A program made the translations under genes and the position numbers. Positions 1 to 9,272 of a stretch of 64,000 nucleotides of DNA are shown in pieces. A model generated the notes under the pieces. That model was not told the origin of the DNA. It worked only from the letters and a program-made list of their open reading frames with translations, and did not search any database. Positions within the stretch are counted from its first letter, which is position 1; each line of letters opens with the position of its first letter. Where the stretch lies: NCBI GenBank assembly GCA_903875225.1, contig CAIQVJ010000006.1, positions 99,380 to 163,379 of the forward strand, written 5' to 3'. Source of the DNA: an uncultured Pseudomonadota bacterium. Lineage in GTDB: Bacteria > Myxococcota_A > UBA796 > SXON01.

Positions 1-414
1 GGGGATCGTCCCTGTCACGGGCTGGGGCGCGCCAGGGCGGGTGGTCGCTTCCCCGTCGATCAGCGCATGGATGACGCGGCCAACGGCCGACGGATCGAAG
101 GGCTTCTGCAGGAACGCGGCTGGCCTCACCGCCCGACCCAGCGCTTCCTCGTGAACATCGAAGTAGGAGTCCGCGCTGGTGAGCGCCACCGGCGGCGCGT
201 CGGCGAGGAGGGCGATTCGCCGACAGAGCTCAATCCCGTCCAGACCGGGCATGCGCACATCTGTGATCACCCCCTCGTAGGTCCCCGAAGACAGCACCTG
301 CAGGGCCTCGCGCGCATCCCCGGCCGTCGAGACCCGGTGGCCAAGGCCCCGGAGCGTGTCCGCAAGAAGCTTCTGGCTCAAGCCATCGTCATCGACGACG
401 AGGAATCGGGCCAT
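1..414 (-). CDS. Response regulator receiver-domain protein, partial (start at 414, runs off the window edge)
   Basis: Reverse-complement translation from the ATG at 414-412 gives MARFLVVDDDGLSQKLLADTLRGLGHRVSTAGDAREALQVLSSGTYEGVITDVRMPGLDGIELCRRIA..., a CheY-like receiver with the DDD acidic pocket and phospho-acceptor D in ITDVRMPG. No stop before position 1. The ORF track shows only the antisense 67..675 ORF. Confidence 0.6.
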   Translation of the reverse strand, partial: MARFLVVDDDGLSQKLLADTLRGLGHRVSTAGDAREALQVLSSGTYEGVITDVRMPGLDGIELCRRIALLADAPPVALTSADSYFDVHEEALGRAVRPAAFLQKPFDPSAVGRVIHALIDGEATTRPGAPQPVTGTIP

Positions 415-631
415 CAGGCGCCACGTCTGGGCGGCGAGGAGGTGGCATCGCTCCGGGTCGTGGACTGCCGAACCGGGTCGGGCTTCATGGAGGACCTCAC
501 CTTTCGAGGGTACCACAGCGTCTCGTTCCTGCCGAAAACCTGTCTAAAAAATGTGTCGAACGGCCCGGGAGCTACCGCGACCGGCGCGGCCCGTCCCCTC
601 ATGGCGCTGACCGCGATGGACGCAACGTCGG

Positions 632-2032
632 GTGGCGAGGACTGGCCGGTTCGAACCCCGCTCGTCCCCGGTTAGGCCCCTCGGGATGCTCCCCTCGCTG
701 CTCGCCTATCGGGACGCCGCCGAGCGGCTGCGCAGGAACGTCGGGCTGACGACCCAGGATCTCGACGCGCAGCGCCTGGGCCGGTTTCGGGAGCTGGTCC
801 GTCATGCACAGCAGCACTCCGCCTGCTACGCGACGATCCTGCGAGAGCGCGGCATCCGGGCCGAGACCTGCGTCCCCGGGGACTTCCCGGTCCTGACCAA
901 GCGGCTCCTGCGTGAGCACTTCGACGCCATCGCCACCGACGCGCGCATCACGCACGCCGCCATCTCGGAATTCCTCGCAGATTCGCCGGACCCGGGCGAA
1001 CTGTACCTCGACGAGTACGTGGTGCTGCACACCTCCGGGACCTCGGGGGAGGTCGGCTGCGTCGTCTATTCGGGCGCGGATTGGGCCCGGGGGATGGCGG
1101 GGATGGCGCGCGTGTCGGTCCCGGACCCCAGGCGCATCGCCTTCGTCGGGGCGACGGGGGGCCACCATGCGGGTGTCTCGTTCGCGCTCGCCGCCCGGCT
1201 GCTCCCGCGATCCGCCGTCGAGGTGCTCACCATCGACATCCATCGCCCCATCGGCGACATGATCAGGGAGCTTCACGCATTCCAGCCCGACGTCCTGGCC
1301 GGGTACCCGTCGGGCACCCGGTGGCTCGCCGAGGCCCAGCGCGACGGGCGCTTGCGGATCCGCCCGCGCTCGATCCAGTGCTCGGGCGAGGCGCTCCGTC
1401 CCGACGAGCAGGCTTCTTTCGAGGCCGCCTTCGGCTGCCCGTGCGTGAATGTCTACGCGAGCACCGAGACGATGCTCATCGGCGTGGCGCGAACCGGCGA
1501 CCCGGCAATGACGCTGCTCGACGACGACCTCATCATCGAGCCGGCAGGTGACCACGTGCTCGTCACGAACCTCAACAGCCGCGCCCTGCCGCTCATCCGA
1601 TACCGGCTGGACGACGCGGTGCGCCTGACCGGACGACCCGCCCCGTCCGGCCCCTACCGCACGATCGAGCCGGTGGTCGGGCGCTCGGAGGGCGGGCCGA
1701 CCTTTCGGACCGCGGAGGGGACGCTCGAGACATTGAGCGCGCACGTCATCAACGAGATCTTCGTCCCGGGTGTGGCGCGGTTCCAGATGCGGGTGGCCGA
1801 CGAGCACACCTTCCGCTTCCTCGTCTGCCTCGACCCGGGCGCCGGGGGGAGTTCGGGTGCGGGCGCTGGGCCTGGATCCCGCGCGGTCGCCCTGACCCGG
1901 GCCCGACTTCAGGCCATCCTCGAGGAGAAGGGCCTCGGCAACGTGCGATTCACCGTCGAGGTGACCGGGGAGCTCCCCGTTGATCCCGCCTCCGGGAAGG
2001 TCCGGCTCATCGTCCCGCCTACATGGCGTTAG
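632..2032 (+). CDS. Adenylate-forming enzyme, phenylacetate-CoA ligase / CapK / F390-synthetase-like (start may be the Met at 685)
   Basis: HTSGTSGE AMP-binding motif, YASTE motif and PVLTK N-terminal motif. About 450 aa, typical of the PaaK-like family. Confidence 0.6.
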   Translation: MARTGRFEPRSSPVRPLGMLPSLLAYRDAAERLRRNVGLTTQDLDAQRLGRFRELVRHAQQHSACYATILRERGIRAETCVPGDFPVLTKRLLREHFDAIATDARITHAAISEFLADSPDPGELYLDEYVVLHTSGTSGEVGCVVYSGADWARGMAGMARVSVPDPRRIAFVGATGGHHAGVSFALAARLLPRSAVEVLTIDIHRPIGDMIRELHAFQPDVLAGYPSGTRWLAEAQRDGRLRIRPRSIQCSGEALRPDEQASFEAAFGCPCVNVYASTETMLIGVARTGDPAMTLLDDDLIIEPAGDHVLVTNLNSRALPLIRYRLDDAVRLTGRPAPSGPYRTIEPVVGRSEGGPTFRTAEGTLETLSAHVINEIFVPGVARFQMRVADEHTFRFLVCLDPGAGGSSGAGAGPGSRAVALTRARLQAILEEKGLGNVRFTVEVTGELPVDPASGKVRLIVPPTWR

Positions 2033-2041
2033 CTGGGCGGC

Positions 2042-4120
2042 ATGGCGAAGCCCGCGTGCGTGACTGGTCTCGGGATCGTCTGTGCGCTCGGCCGCACGGT
2101 GGGGGAGGTCGCGGCGGCGGTACACCGCGAGGGTCAGGCCGGGATCCGCCCGGTGACAGGGTTCGACACGGCGGCGTTCGGCGGGTGCGTGGCGGGGGGG
2201 GTGCTCTGGGGGGGCGCCGGTGACCGCACGATTGGCTTTGCAGTCGAGGCTGCGAGCGAGGCCTGGCGGGCCTCGGGCCTCCCGCGCGGGCTGGACGTGC
2301 CCGTCGTGGTGGGGAGCAGCGCCGGCCCCCACACGTTCGAAGACGCCGCGGATGCGCTGGACGGCATGCCCGCGGCGCGCTCGCGCTGGGCCTCGAACCA
2401 CGTCGCAGTGCCCGACGCCGTGGCCCTGGCGCTCGGCCTGACCGGTCCCCGGTTCGCCCCGGCGACGGCGTGCGCCTCGGGGAACGTGGCGCTCGCGCTT
2501 GCGCTGGACCTGGTCCGCGCGGGGTGGCCGGTCGTGCTCGTCGGCGGGAGTGAGGCGATCTCCCGGCGACGTCTCGCCGGCTTCCACGCGCTGGGGGCGC
2601 TGGCGAGAGGGCCGTGCGCGCCGTTCAGCACCCCGGTTGGCATGACCCTCGGCGAGGGGGCTGCGTTCTTCGTTGTCGAGTCCGGGGCGCATGCGAGGGA
2701 GCGAGGGGCCCGGGTTCACGGATGGCTGCGTGGATACGGGCTCTCCGCCGACGCCTGGCACGCGACGGCTCCGGACCCTCGAGGGGGCGGGATGGCGCGC
2801 GCGATGGTCGCCGCCCTCGCCGATGCGGGAGTGGACCCCGGTGACGTGGACGCCTACGCGGCGCACGGGACCGGCACGGAGGCCAATGACGCCGCGGAGT
2901 GGCAGTCCCTGCAATCGGTCTACGGTGCGGTCCCGCCCGCGATCTTCGCCCTGAAAGGGGCGATCGGACACGCGTTCGGGGCGAGCGGGCCCCAGCAAGG
3001 CGTGCTCGGCCTCCTCGGCATGGAGCGGGGCTGGCCGATTACGGCCGGATGGACGGGGCCCCGCGAGGATGGACCCGGGGCTCCGCCGGTCGTCGTCGCG
3101 GGTGCCCCGCCCACCGGACGCCGCGACGTGTTCGTCTCCCAGAACGCAGCGTTCGGTGGAGCGAATGCGACGATCGTGTTCGGACGGGAGGGGCGAGGGG
3201 AGCCAGCGCCCCTCGGCCCGGTCTACCTCCAGGCGGTCGGCAGTGCCTCGGCGGGAGACGACGTATCGAGCCTGCGTGCGGTGCTCCCTCGTGTGGATCC
3301 GCGCGGACTCGACCGGCCTGGACTGCTCCTGACCCTCGCAGTGGGGCGCGCCTTGCGGGGGCTCGCACCGCCGGGAGGTGCCGCCGGCATGGGGCTGGTC
3401 AGCGGGGTCTCCCGTCGCCCGTCGGCTTCGGGTGACCAGTTCCGTGAGAGTCTCCGCGTGGTCGACGGCGCTCGCGGGTCGGCGAGCGCGTTCTCCCGCA
3501 CCGTGATGAACGCGAGCACCGGCGCGGCTGCGCTGGCCCTCGGCCTGCGCGGCCCCGGTGCGACCCTGGCGAACGGGCCCGGCGCCGGCCTCCACGCCCT
3601 GGCGTGGGCGTGGTGGATGCTGGCCACGCGACCCGAGATCCCCGCCCTGGTGGCCGCCGCCGTGGACGAGGCCCCGCCGGACCCGTTGGCCCTGGATCCC
3701 GACGATCCCGCCCGGTCTGCGCCGGGGTTGCAGCCCGCGGAGGGGGCCGTGGCCATCGTCCTCGGGCGCACGGGCTCGCTTCGCATCGCCGGCGTCGGCT
3801 GGGCAGGGCCCGAACACCCCGAGCGGGCGCTGGTCGCCGCTGCCGGGAACCGCCCGGTCGCGCGACTGTACGGCAGCGCGGCCGGGCCGACGGGCCGGGC
3901 CGTCGAGGCGCGGCTGGCCGAGCACGTCGGGCTGCCGCTGGTCCCATTCGAGGGTGGGTATGGCGAAGCCGGTGGGTCGCTGCGCGCGGTGCTCGCGCTG
4001 GGTTCGGGAGGGTCGGGGGGGCGAAGCGCGGTCGTGAGCTGGTCCCGGCGGTCCGGGACCGTGGCGGTCGTCTTCGAGGCCCACGACCCGGAGGCTACTC
4101 CGGCAGCCGACTCGCGATGA
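2042..4120 (+). CDS. Fused beta-ketoacyl synthase (KS) with a C-terminal KS-like, CLF-like domain
   Basis: N-terminal roughly 390 aa has the KS catalytic triad motifs ATACASG (Cys), AHGTGT and GHAFGASG. C-terminal roughly 300 aa is a KS-fold repeat (VMNASTGAAALALG) lacking the active-site Cys. Confidence 0.7.
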   Translation: MAKPACVTGLGIVCALGRTVGEVAAAVHREGQAGIRPVTGFDTAAFGGCVAGGVLWGGAGDRTIGFAVEAASEAWRASGLPRGLDVPVVVGSSAGPHTFEDAADALDGMPAARSRWASNHVAVPDAVALALGLTGPRFAPATACASGNVALALALDLVRAGWPVVLVGGSEAISRRRLAGFHALGALARGPCAPFSTPVGMTLGEGAAFFVVESGAHARERGARVHGWLRGYGLSADAWHATAPDPRGGGMARAMVAALADAGVDPGDVDAYAAHGTGTEANDAAEWQSLQSVYGAVPPAIFALKGAIGHAFGASGPQQGVLGLLGMERGWPITAGWTGPREDGPGAPPVVVAGAPPTGRRDVFVSQNAAFGGANATIVFGREGRGEPAPLGPVYLQAVGSASAGDDVSSLRAVLPRVDPRGLDRPGLLLTLAVGRALRGLAPPGGAAGMGLVSGVSRRPSASGDQFRESLRVVDGARGSASAFSRTVMNASTGAAALALGLRGPGATLANGPGAGLHALAWAWWMLATRPEIPALVAAAVDEAPPDPLALDPDDPARSAPGLQPAEGAVAIVLGRTGSLRIAGVGWAGPEHPERALVAAAGNRPVARLYGSAAGPTGRAVEARLAEHVGLPLVPFEGGYGEAGGSLRAVLALGSGGSGGRSAVVSWSRRSGTVAVVFEAHDPEATPAADSR

Positions 4121-4574
4121 GCGTGCCCCGCGCCACGAGCGTGGCGCCGACCGAGGCCTCGACGCGAAACGTGCGCAGGGCGTCGCCCGCGGACGAACCG
4201 ACGGCCGGGCCGGGGAGCCACGCCCGGTATTCGAGCCGCGCCGGCGGCCGCACGGGGCCGAGGAGCCGCACATTGACTGCGCCGAGCACCGACCTGCCCC
4301 CAGGCCCGCCGTCCGGCGCCGTTCGACCCAGCAGCGCGGTCAGCGCGGCGCACGTCTGGGCCAGCCCCTCGATCGTGCAGACGCCCGGCCAGATGGGGTC
4401 GCCGGGGAAGTGCCCCTCGAAGATCGGCGCTCCGGCGGAGATGTCCAGGCTTCCGTGGAGGAACGGGTCCTCGTGGGACCAGGCATGGATCCGCTCGAGG
4501 AAGCGGAACGGCGGCCGGTGCGGGATCAAGCCGTCGATCACCTCGGCGCCCCAGTCCACGCGCTGCATCACCAC
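4095..4574 (-). CDS. FabZ/FabA-like 3-hydroxyacyl-ACP dehydratase (hot-dog fold)
   Basis: HFPGDPIWPGV motif (FabZ HFPGxPxxPGV) and IPHRPPFRFLERI N-terminal motif. 159 aa. Confidence 0.7.
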   Translation of the reverse strand: MVMQRVDWGAEVIDGLIPHRPPFRFLERIHAWSHEDPFLHGSLDISAGAPIFEGHFPGDPIWPGVCTIEGLAQTCAALTALLGRTAPDGGPGGRSVLGAVNVRLLGPVRPPARLEYRAWLPGPAVGSSAGDALRTFRVEASVGATLVARGTLIASRLPE

Positions 4575-4736
4575 CGCCCGATGCGCGCGGCGCGGGCGCC
4601 GGAGTGCATGGCAGCTGTCGGGGCGGGTGCCCTACCGACGAGCGCGGGACGTTCTCGTCGTTGCATCGAGGCCTCGGGTTCGGGGCTAACCGGGGCATCC
4701 GGGCGTGCCACCGCTTCGGCGCGCTAAGCCCTGCGG

Positions 4737-5777
4737 ATGGACCCAGCGCGGCTCTCCGACCTCGCGATGTCGCGCTGCCCGGGCACGCTCCCCGCATCGG
4801 TTCGCAGCGCCCTCGACGTGTTGTGCCGCTCGCTCCGGGAGGATGCGCGCCTCACGCCCCTGGCGACGAGACCCGTCGAGCAGCTCATCGTGTCTGGCCT
4901 CGTGGCGCGCCTGCGGCTGGACGCCCGTGTCCCGGCAGACGCACGGCCCCGTACGCCGCCGCTCATCGTGTGCGGGCTGCCCCGGTCGGGCACCACGCTG
5001 CTCCACCGCCTGCTCGCATTGTCCGAGGGCGCCCGCGCGGTGCCGTTCTGGGAGCTCCACGCGCCTGTCCCCGGCGTCGAGCCCGACCACCGTCGTCGGG
5101 ACGCGCGCGCAGCGCTCGGGTGGCTCCACCTGTCCGGAGCCTCCGCGCTCCGACCGATGCGCGAGGATCTTCCTGACGAGTGCGGCCTCCTCCTCCGACT
5201 GGGCCTTCGGACGCAGCTGTTCTGGGCCCTTGCTCCGGTCCACGGCTACCTCGACTGGCTCCTCGACGAGCCCCCGCCGTATGCGGTCTACCGTCGCACG
5301 CTCGCCCACCTCGAGGGCCTTGCTCCCGGCCGCCTCGTGCTCAAGTACCCCGCGCATGCCCTCCACCTCCCCGCGCTGCTGGAGGCACTCCCCGGCGCGC
5401 AGGTCGTCGTCACCCACCGCGACCCCGACGACGTTCTGCCCAGCAGCCACCACCTCCTCCTGGGCCTCCACGCCCGGGTGAGCGACGATGTGGATGTGCC
5501 CCGCTGCATCGCTGCGAACACCCGCCGGCTCGCGCTCCAGGCCGAGCGGACGGCTGCTCACGCGAGCCATGCCTGCGTCCACGTGGCGCACCGCGCGCTG
5601 GTCGGCGACCCGGTGGGCACGGTCGGGTCGGTGCATGAGCAGCTCGGCCTGGAACCACCGGATCGTGCCCGACTGTGCGCCTTTGTCGAGGCCAACCCCA
5701 GGCCCCCGCGTACCGCAGCCCGCGCCCAGGTGCCCGGGTTCGAGGCGTATCGGGACCAGTTCGCCGGGTTCCTGTAG
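4737..5777 (+). CDS. Sulfotransferase family protein (PAPS-dependent)
   Basis: 5'-PSB motif CGLPRSGTTLLHRLL and 3'-PB motif VVVTHRDP. 346 aa. Confidence 0.65.
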   Translation: MDPARLSDLAMSRCPGTLPASVRSALDVLCRSLREDARLTPLATRPVEQLIVSGLVARLRLDARVPADARPRTPPLIVCGLPRSGTTLLHRLLALSEGARAVPFWELHAPVPGVEPDHRRRDARAALGWLHLSGASALRPMREDLPDECGLLLRLGLRTQLFWALAPVHGYLDWLLDEPPPYAVYRRTLAHLEGLAPGRLVLKYPAHALHLPALLEALPGAQVVVTHRDPDDVLPSSHHLLLGLHARVSDDVDVPRCIAANTRRLALQAERTAAHASHACVHVAHRALVGDPVGTVGSVHEQLGLEPPDRARLCAFVEANPRPPRTAARAQVPGFEAYRDQFAGFL

Positions 5778-5893
5778 ACCGCGGACCGTGCTGCGACGAC
5801 GGCACGCTGCTTGGCTGCGCGGTGCTGGACTCGTTCATGGGCGCGAGCGACTTCGATCTGGCGGGGTGCCCGGAGCAGGTCGCCGACTCCCGG

Positions 5894-6484
5894 CTACCCC
5901 ACCACGCCCCTGGAGAACACCAGGACATCCCCTGGACTCCAGACATGCCCTGCCCACGAACGGTATCCCCGCAGCCACGACACCCCGTCGACCTTCCGCA
6001 GGTAGAAACCCTTCGGCGTTTCATCGGAGTCGTCCAGCGGCGGCGACGCGATGGTGATGGAACCGGGAGGCGCTCGGCCGTGCGTCAGCGCCGTGCCGTC
6101 GGCCGCCTCGGCCTGGTTCAGGAACTGCAGCCTCAGATGCGGTCCGAGCTCGAGCGGGCACTCGGTCAAGCCCGACTCGAGCGCCCGCGCGGTGAGCTGG
6201 CCGTAGGTGGCTCCCTCGCCGAAGCCCAGTTCGGCAACGGAGAGAGCTGTGATCCTGGTGATGCGTCGTCGGGTGAGCGTCGTGAACCGGGGATCTCCGA
6301 GCAGCTGCTCCGCAGCCTCGTTCAGCTGGACGCCGTGCTCCTGGGCGGCGCGGCGCAGCGTCGATTTGCTCATGCCTCCGATGCGCACGGGGCTCGGTGG
6401 GAGAGCGGGTCGGTTGCCTGACGGATCCATCCAGTTCGTCTCTTGGACTGGCCTATTCCGGGACGATGCGGGGTGGTCGCGCAA
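5894..6484 (-). CDS. Hypothetical protein with an N-terminal helix-turn-helix-like segment (start possibly the internal Met near 6372)
   Basis: MSKSTLRRAAQEHGVQLNEAAEQLL resembles an HTH. No other recognisable motif. Confidence 0.3.
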   Translation of the reverse strand: MRDHPASSRNRPVQETNWMDPSGNRPALPPSPVRIGGMSKSTLRRAAQEHGVQLNEAAEQLLGDPRFTTLTRRRITRITALSVAELGFGEGATYGQLTARALESGLTECPLELGPHLRLQFLNQAEAADGTALTHGRAPPGSITIASPPLDDSDETPKGFYLRKVDGVSWLRGYRSWAGHVWSPGDVLVFSRGVVG

Positions 6485-6657
6485 TGCTGGGGTGAAACGC
6501 CCCGAAGCGCGCCCGGCTGGTCGCTACGAGGTGCATGCGGTGGGGATGTCGACGCGTTCTCCCGGTTGTCGACGCGCAGTGCCCCCTGCGGTATGGGCTG
6601 TCCCACCTTCCCGCTCGCGGCTTGTTTTCCCGCGTGACCGCAACTCCAGGGGTCCTC

Positions 6658-7230
6658 ATGTTCATCGCCCTCTTCCTCGCCTGCTTCGACGGCTCGCCCA
6701 CCGATTCGGGTTCCGACGCGGATGCCGACACCGACACCGACACCGACACGGACACCGACACGGACACGGACACGGACACCGACACCGACACCGACACGGA
6801 CACGGACACGGACGCGGACACGGACACCGACACCGACACGGATTCGGATACCGACGCGGACGCTGGAAACCACCTCCTCGTGGATGGCGTGTACCTCGAT
6901 CTCGACGGGAGCCAGTACTACTTCACGTCCTTTCCGCCCTACGCGAACCTCTCCACCTACAACGCCGACTCGTCGCGGGAGATCGTGGCGCAGACCCTCA
7001 ACGAGGTCGGCAGCTACGAGTGCAGCACCTCCACGGGCGTGTCGATCACCTACGCGGAGATGGACGGCGGGACCCTCGTGTTCTCGAGTGACTACGCTGG
7101 GGGAAGCTGCACGATCGACGTCACCCAGGTCGACGCCACGTCGTTCCGGGGCACGTACACCGCGATCGTGAAGTCCGTGGACGGGGCCGCACAGCGAGTG
7201 CTCACCGAGGGTGTGTTCGGGACGCCGTGA
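6658..7230 (+). CDS. Lipoprotein with a long Asp-Thr dipeptide repeat linker
   Basis: Lipobox MFIALFLAC followed by about 35 DT/DA/DS dipeptides, then a small Cys-containing globular domain. The upstream in-frame start at 6535 lacks a signal peptide. Confidence 0.6.
   Translation: MFIALFLACFDGSPTDSGSDADADTDTDTDTDTDTDTDTDTDTDTDTDTDTDADTDTDTDTDSDTDADAGNHLLVDGVYLDLDGSQYYFTSFPPYANLSTYNADSSREIVAQTLNEVGSYECSTSTGVSITYAEMDGGTLVFSSDYAGGSCTIDVTQVDATSFRGTYTAIVKSVDGAAQRVLTEGVFGTP
6715..6860 (+). repeat. Imperfect (GACACC/GACACG)n hexanucleotide microsatellite encoding the (DT)n linker
   Basis: Seen directly: gacaccgacaccgacacggacacc... over about 145 bp. Confidence 0.8.
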
Positions 7231-7242
7231 CCTGACGGGTGG

Positions 7243-9207
7243 GTGAGCGGCCTGCAGGCCCGGGGCCCGGGGATAACAGCCCTGCTCCCTCCATCGGATG
7301 CCATGACCCGCTCCCTCCGTCACCGCTGGTCCGAGTTCACCGCGTGGGTGAGCTACCGGGCCGACCGATTCCTCGAACGCGAGCCGCTGCTGCAGGTCGC
7401 CGCGCTGTTCGCGATGGCCGTCCTGGTGATCGTCGGCTGGGCGCTGGTGTTGGCTCACCTCGATCCTGCACCGGATGCACCGACGGGCAGCGAAGCGCTC
7501 TGGTGGGCGCTCACCCGGTTTCTCGATGGTGGCACCATGGCGGGTGACCCTGCGAGCCGGCGCGGGTTGGCGACGTTGGCCACGTTGTCCGGAGTGTTCG
7601 GGGTTGCTGTGCTCACCTCCGTGCTGACGAGCAAGATGGGGGAGCGCATCGGGGTCCTGGCCTCGGGTGAGGGCCCGGTGGTCGAACGCGGACACATCCT
7701 GGTGCTCGGGTTCGATCCCCGGGTGAAGGTGGTGGCCGAGCAGTTGGCGCGGACCGGCCAGAAGCTCACGCTCGTGGTCGTTTCGACACAGTCGCGCAAG
7801 CAGGTCGAGGACGCGATGGGCACGCAGCGCGGGGTTCGCGTGGTGGTGCGCACCGGAGATCCGCAGCAGGACGCGCTGTTACGGAGCGTGAGGGCGCACC
7901 GTGCGCGCACCGTCATCGTGCTCCGACCCGTCGGGCGCTCCGACGAGGACGCCGTGCGATGGTCGTTCATCGCGCTCCTGGCGATCCGGCGGGTGGTGGA
8001 AGCCGAAGCGGAGGCTGTCCGACCACGCCTCGTCGTCGAGGTGCGTGACGACGAGGCGGAGCGGAGGTTGAGGCGGGCCCTGGTGCCCCGGTTCGGCGAG
8101 GGTGCGCAGGTGGGGCTGCAGGCGGAGTTCATCGCGCCGGCGCAGGCGATTGGCGGCATGCTCGCCATGGCGCTGCGGCAGCCGGGGCTCTACCCGGTGC
8201 TGCATGCGCTGCTCTCCTTCGACGGGGTGGACCTTGCCTTCGAACCCGTGCGGCCCTCCCAATTCGGCATGACATGGGAGCTCGCGGAGGCCTCGATGCG
8301 CGGGGCGATCGCGCTCGGGCTGGCACGCAAGGACGAGCGGGTCACCGTGGACCTGAACCCCCCGCGGGACGGGACGAGGGTGCTCCGCGAAGGCGATGAA
8401 TTCGCGATGCTGCGCCGGAGCGGGGACAAGGTCCATTTCGAGGTGACGCAGCCGGCCGCCGTGCGGTCGTGCAACATCCCCGCGGCGGGGCGCGATCCTC
8501 GCAGGGTGCTGATCCTGGGGGCCAACGCATCCCTGGCCTCGTTGCTCGTCCACCTGCCCCTGGTGCTCTTGCGGGGGGACCAGGTCCGGCTCGTGACGGG
8601 ACAGCCGTCGAAGCCGCGGCTCGGGGAAGGGGAGACGCTGCTCGCCGCGGCCGGGATCCGGCTCTCCGTGGAGCCGACGAACCCGCTCGACGTGGCGGCC
8701 GAGGCGACGGACGATGGGGCTCGCGTGGTGGTGATCCTCGCCTCGGACGAGTCCCGGGATCGCAGCTGCGATGCGCTCGCGGTCGAGATGCTCGTCGCGT
8801 TGAGGACACACTCGGGACCTGGACGCGCCGTGGCGGATGTCCACAGTACGGCGACAGCAGCCTACCTTGCAGGCGAAGGGAATGACTTTCTCGTCAGCTC
8901 CGAGCTCATCGGCATGATGTTCGCACAGGAGGCCCTCTCCCCCGAGGCGGCGCAGGCGCTGCGTCAGCTATTGGCGACGAAGGCGGACATCCACATCCTC
9001 ACCCGCGACGTCGGGCCCGACGAGTTCCCGCCGGGGACCCCGTTCTCCGCGCTGGCGGCGCGCGTGCGCGAAACGGGGGAGATCGCGCTCGGCTACCAGC
9101 TGCCGAGGCACAAGGGACAGCCGGTCACGCTCGCGCCGCCGCCAGGCGACCAGGGGTGGGCTGTGCCCGGTGCGGTCGTCGTCGTGTTGGCGCGACTTCC
9201 GCGCTGA
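7243..9207 (+). CDS. Putative ion channel with a 2-TM pore module and tandem RCK/TrkA-like domains (CASTOR/POLLUX-like)
   Basis: N-terminal TM helices (LLQVAALFAMAVLVIVGWALVLA; LATLATLSGVFGVAVLTSVLT) flank a pore-like WWALTRFLDGGTMAGD segment. Two Rossmann-like segments (HILVLGFDPR..., RVLILGANAS...) follow. Confidence 0.4.
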   Translation: MSGLQARGPGITALLPPSDAMTRSLRHRWSEFTAWVSYRADRFLEREPLLQVAALFAMAVLVIVGWALVLAHLDPAPDAPTGSEALWWALTRFLDGGTMAGDPASRRGLATLATLSGVFGVAVLTSVLTSKMGERIGVLASGEGPVVERGHILVLGFDPRVKVVAEQLARTGQKLTLVVVSTQSRKQVEDAMGTQRGVRVVVRTGDPQQDALLRSVRAHRARTVIVLRPVGRSDEDAVRWSFIALLAIRRVVEAEAEAVRPRLVVEVRDDEAERRLRRALVPRFGEGAQVGLQAEFIAPAQAIGGMLAMALRQPGLYPVLHALLSFDGVDLAFEPVRPSQFGMTWELAEASMRGAIALGLARKDERVTVDLNPPRDGTRVLREGDEFAMLRRSGDKVHFEVTQPAAVRSCNIPAAGRDPRRVLILGANASLASLLVHLPLVLLRGDQVRLVTGQPSKPRLGEGETLLAAAGIRLSVEPTNPLDVAAEATDDGARVVVILASDESRDRSCDALAVEMLVALRTHSGPGRAVADVHSTATAAYLAGEGNDFLVSSELIGMMFAQEALSPEAAQALRQLLATKADIHILTRDVGPDEFPPGTPFSALAARVRETGEIALGYQLPRHKGQPVTLAPPPGDQGWAVPGAVVVVLARLPR

Positions 9208-9222
9208 CCCCAAAACGCCGAA

Positions 9223-9252
9223 CCCCCGATCCGGATTGCTCCGAATCGGGGG
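9223..9252. terminator. Hairpin between convergent genes (channel gene on +, HU on -), likely a bidirectional terminator
   Basis: CCCCCGATCCGGA-TTGC-TCCGAATCGGGGG, a 13-bp stem with one mismatch, placed between the 9207 and 9273 stops. Confidence 0.45.
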
Positions 9253-9272
9253 CCGGTGGGACAGCGTCCGGA

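Noticed and set aside
641-660. tRNA-like T-loop sequence GGTTCGAACCCC
   Set aside because: Flanking sequence does not form acceptor or T stems. It lies inside the adenylating-enzyme CDS, encoding GRFEP.
67-675. 202-aa plus-strand ORF at the window start
   Set aside because: It is antisense to a clean CheY-like receiver domain on the minus strand (1..414). It has no motifs and a biased composition.
599-4273. 1224-aa minus-strand ORF and many other very long ORFs listed antisense to annotated genes (for example 16157..17644 -, 17799..19574 -, 43630..47379 -, 52070..54931 -, 55072..58452 -, 58082..61348 -, 25604..27046 +, 36276..38297 +)
   Set aside because: Their translations are Arg/Pro/Gly/Ala-rich low-complexity strings with no motifs, and they lie opposite genes with clear catalytic signatures. 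This is typical of stop-codon-poor antisense frames in roughly 70% GC DNA.
6715-6860. Possible CRISPR array, suggested by the regular short repeats (also 58676-58762, 52136-52470, 54585-54900)
   Set aside because: Units are 6-9 bp coding microsatellites, or two roughly 135-bp tandem palindromic units. There are no 28-37-bp repeats with unique spacers and no cas genes.
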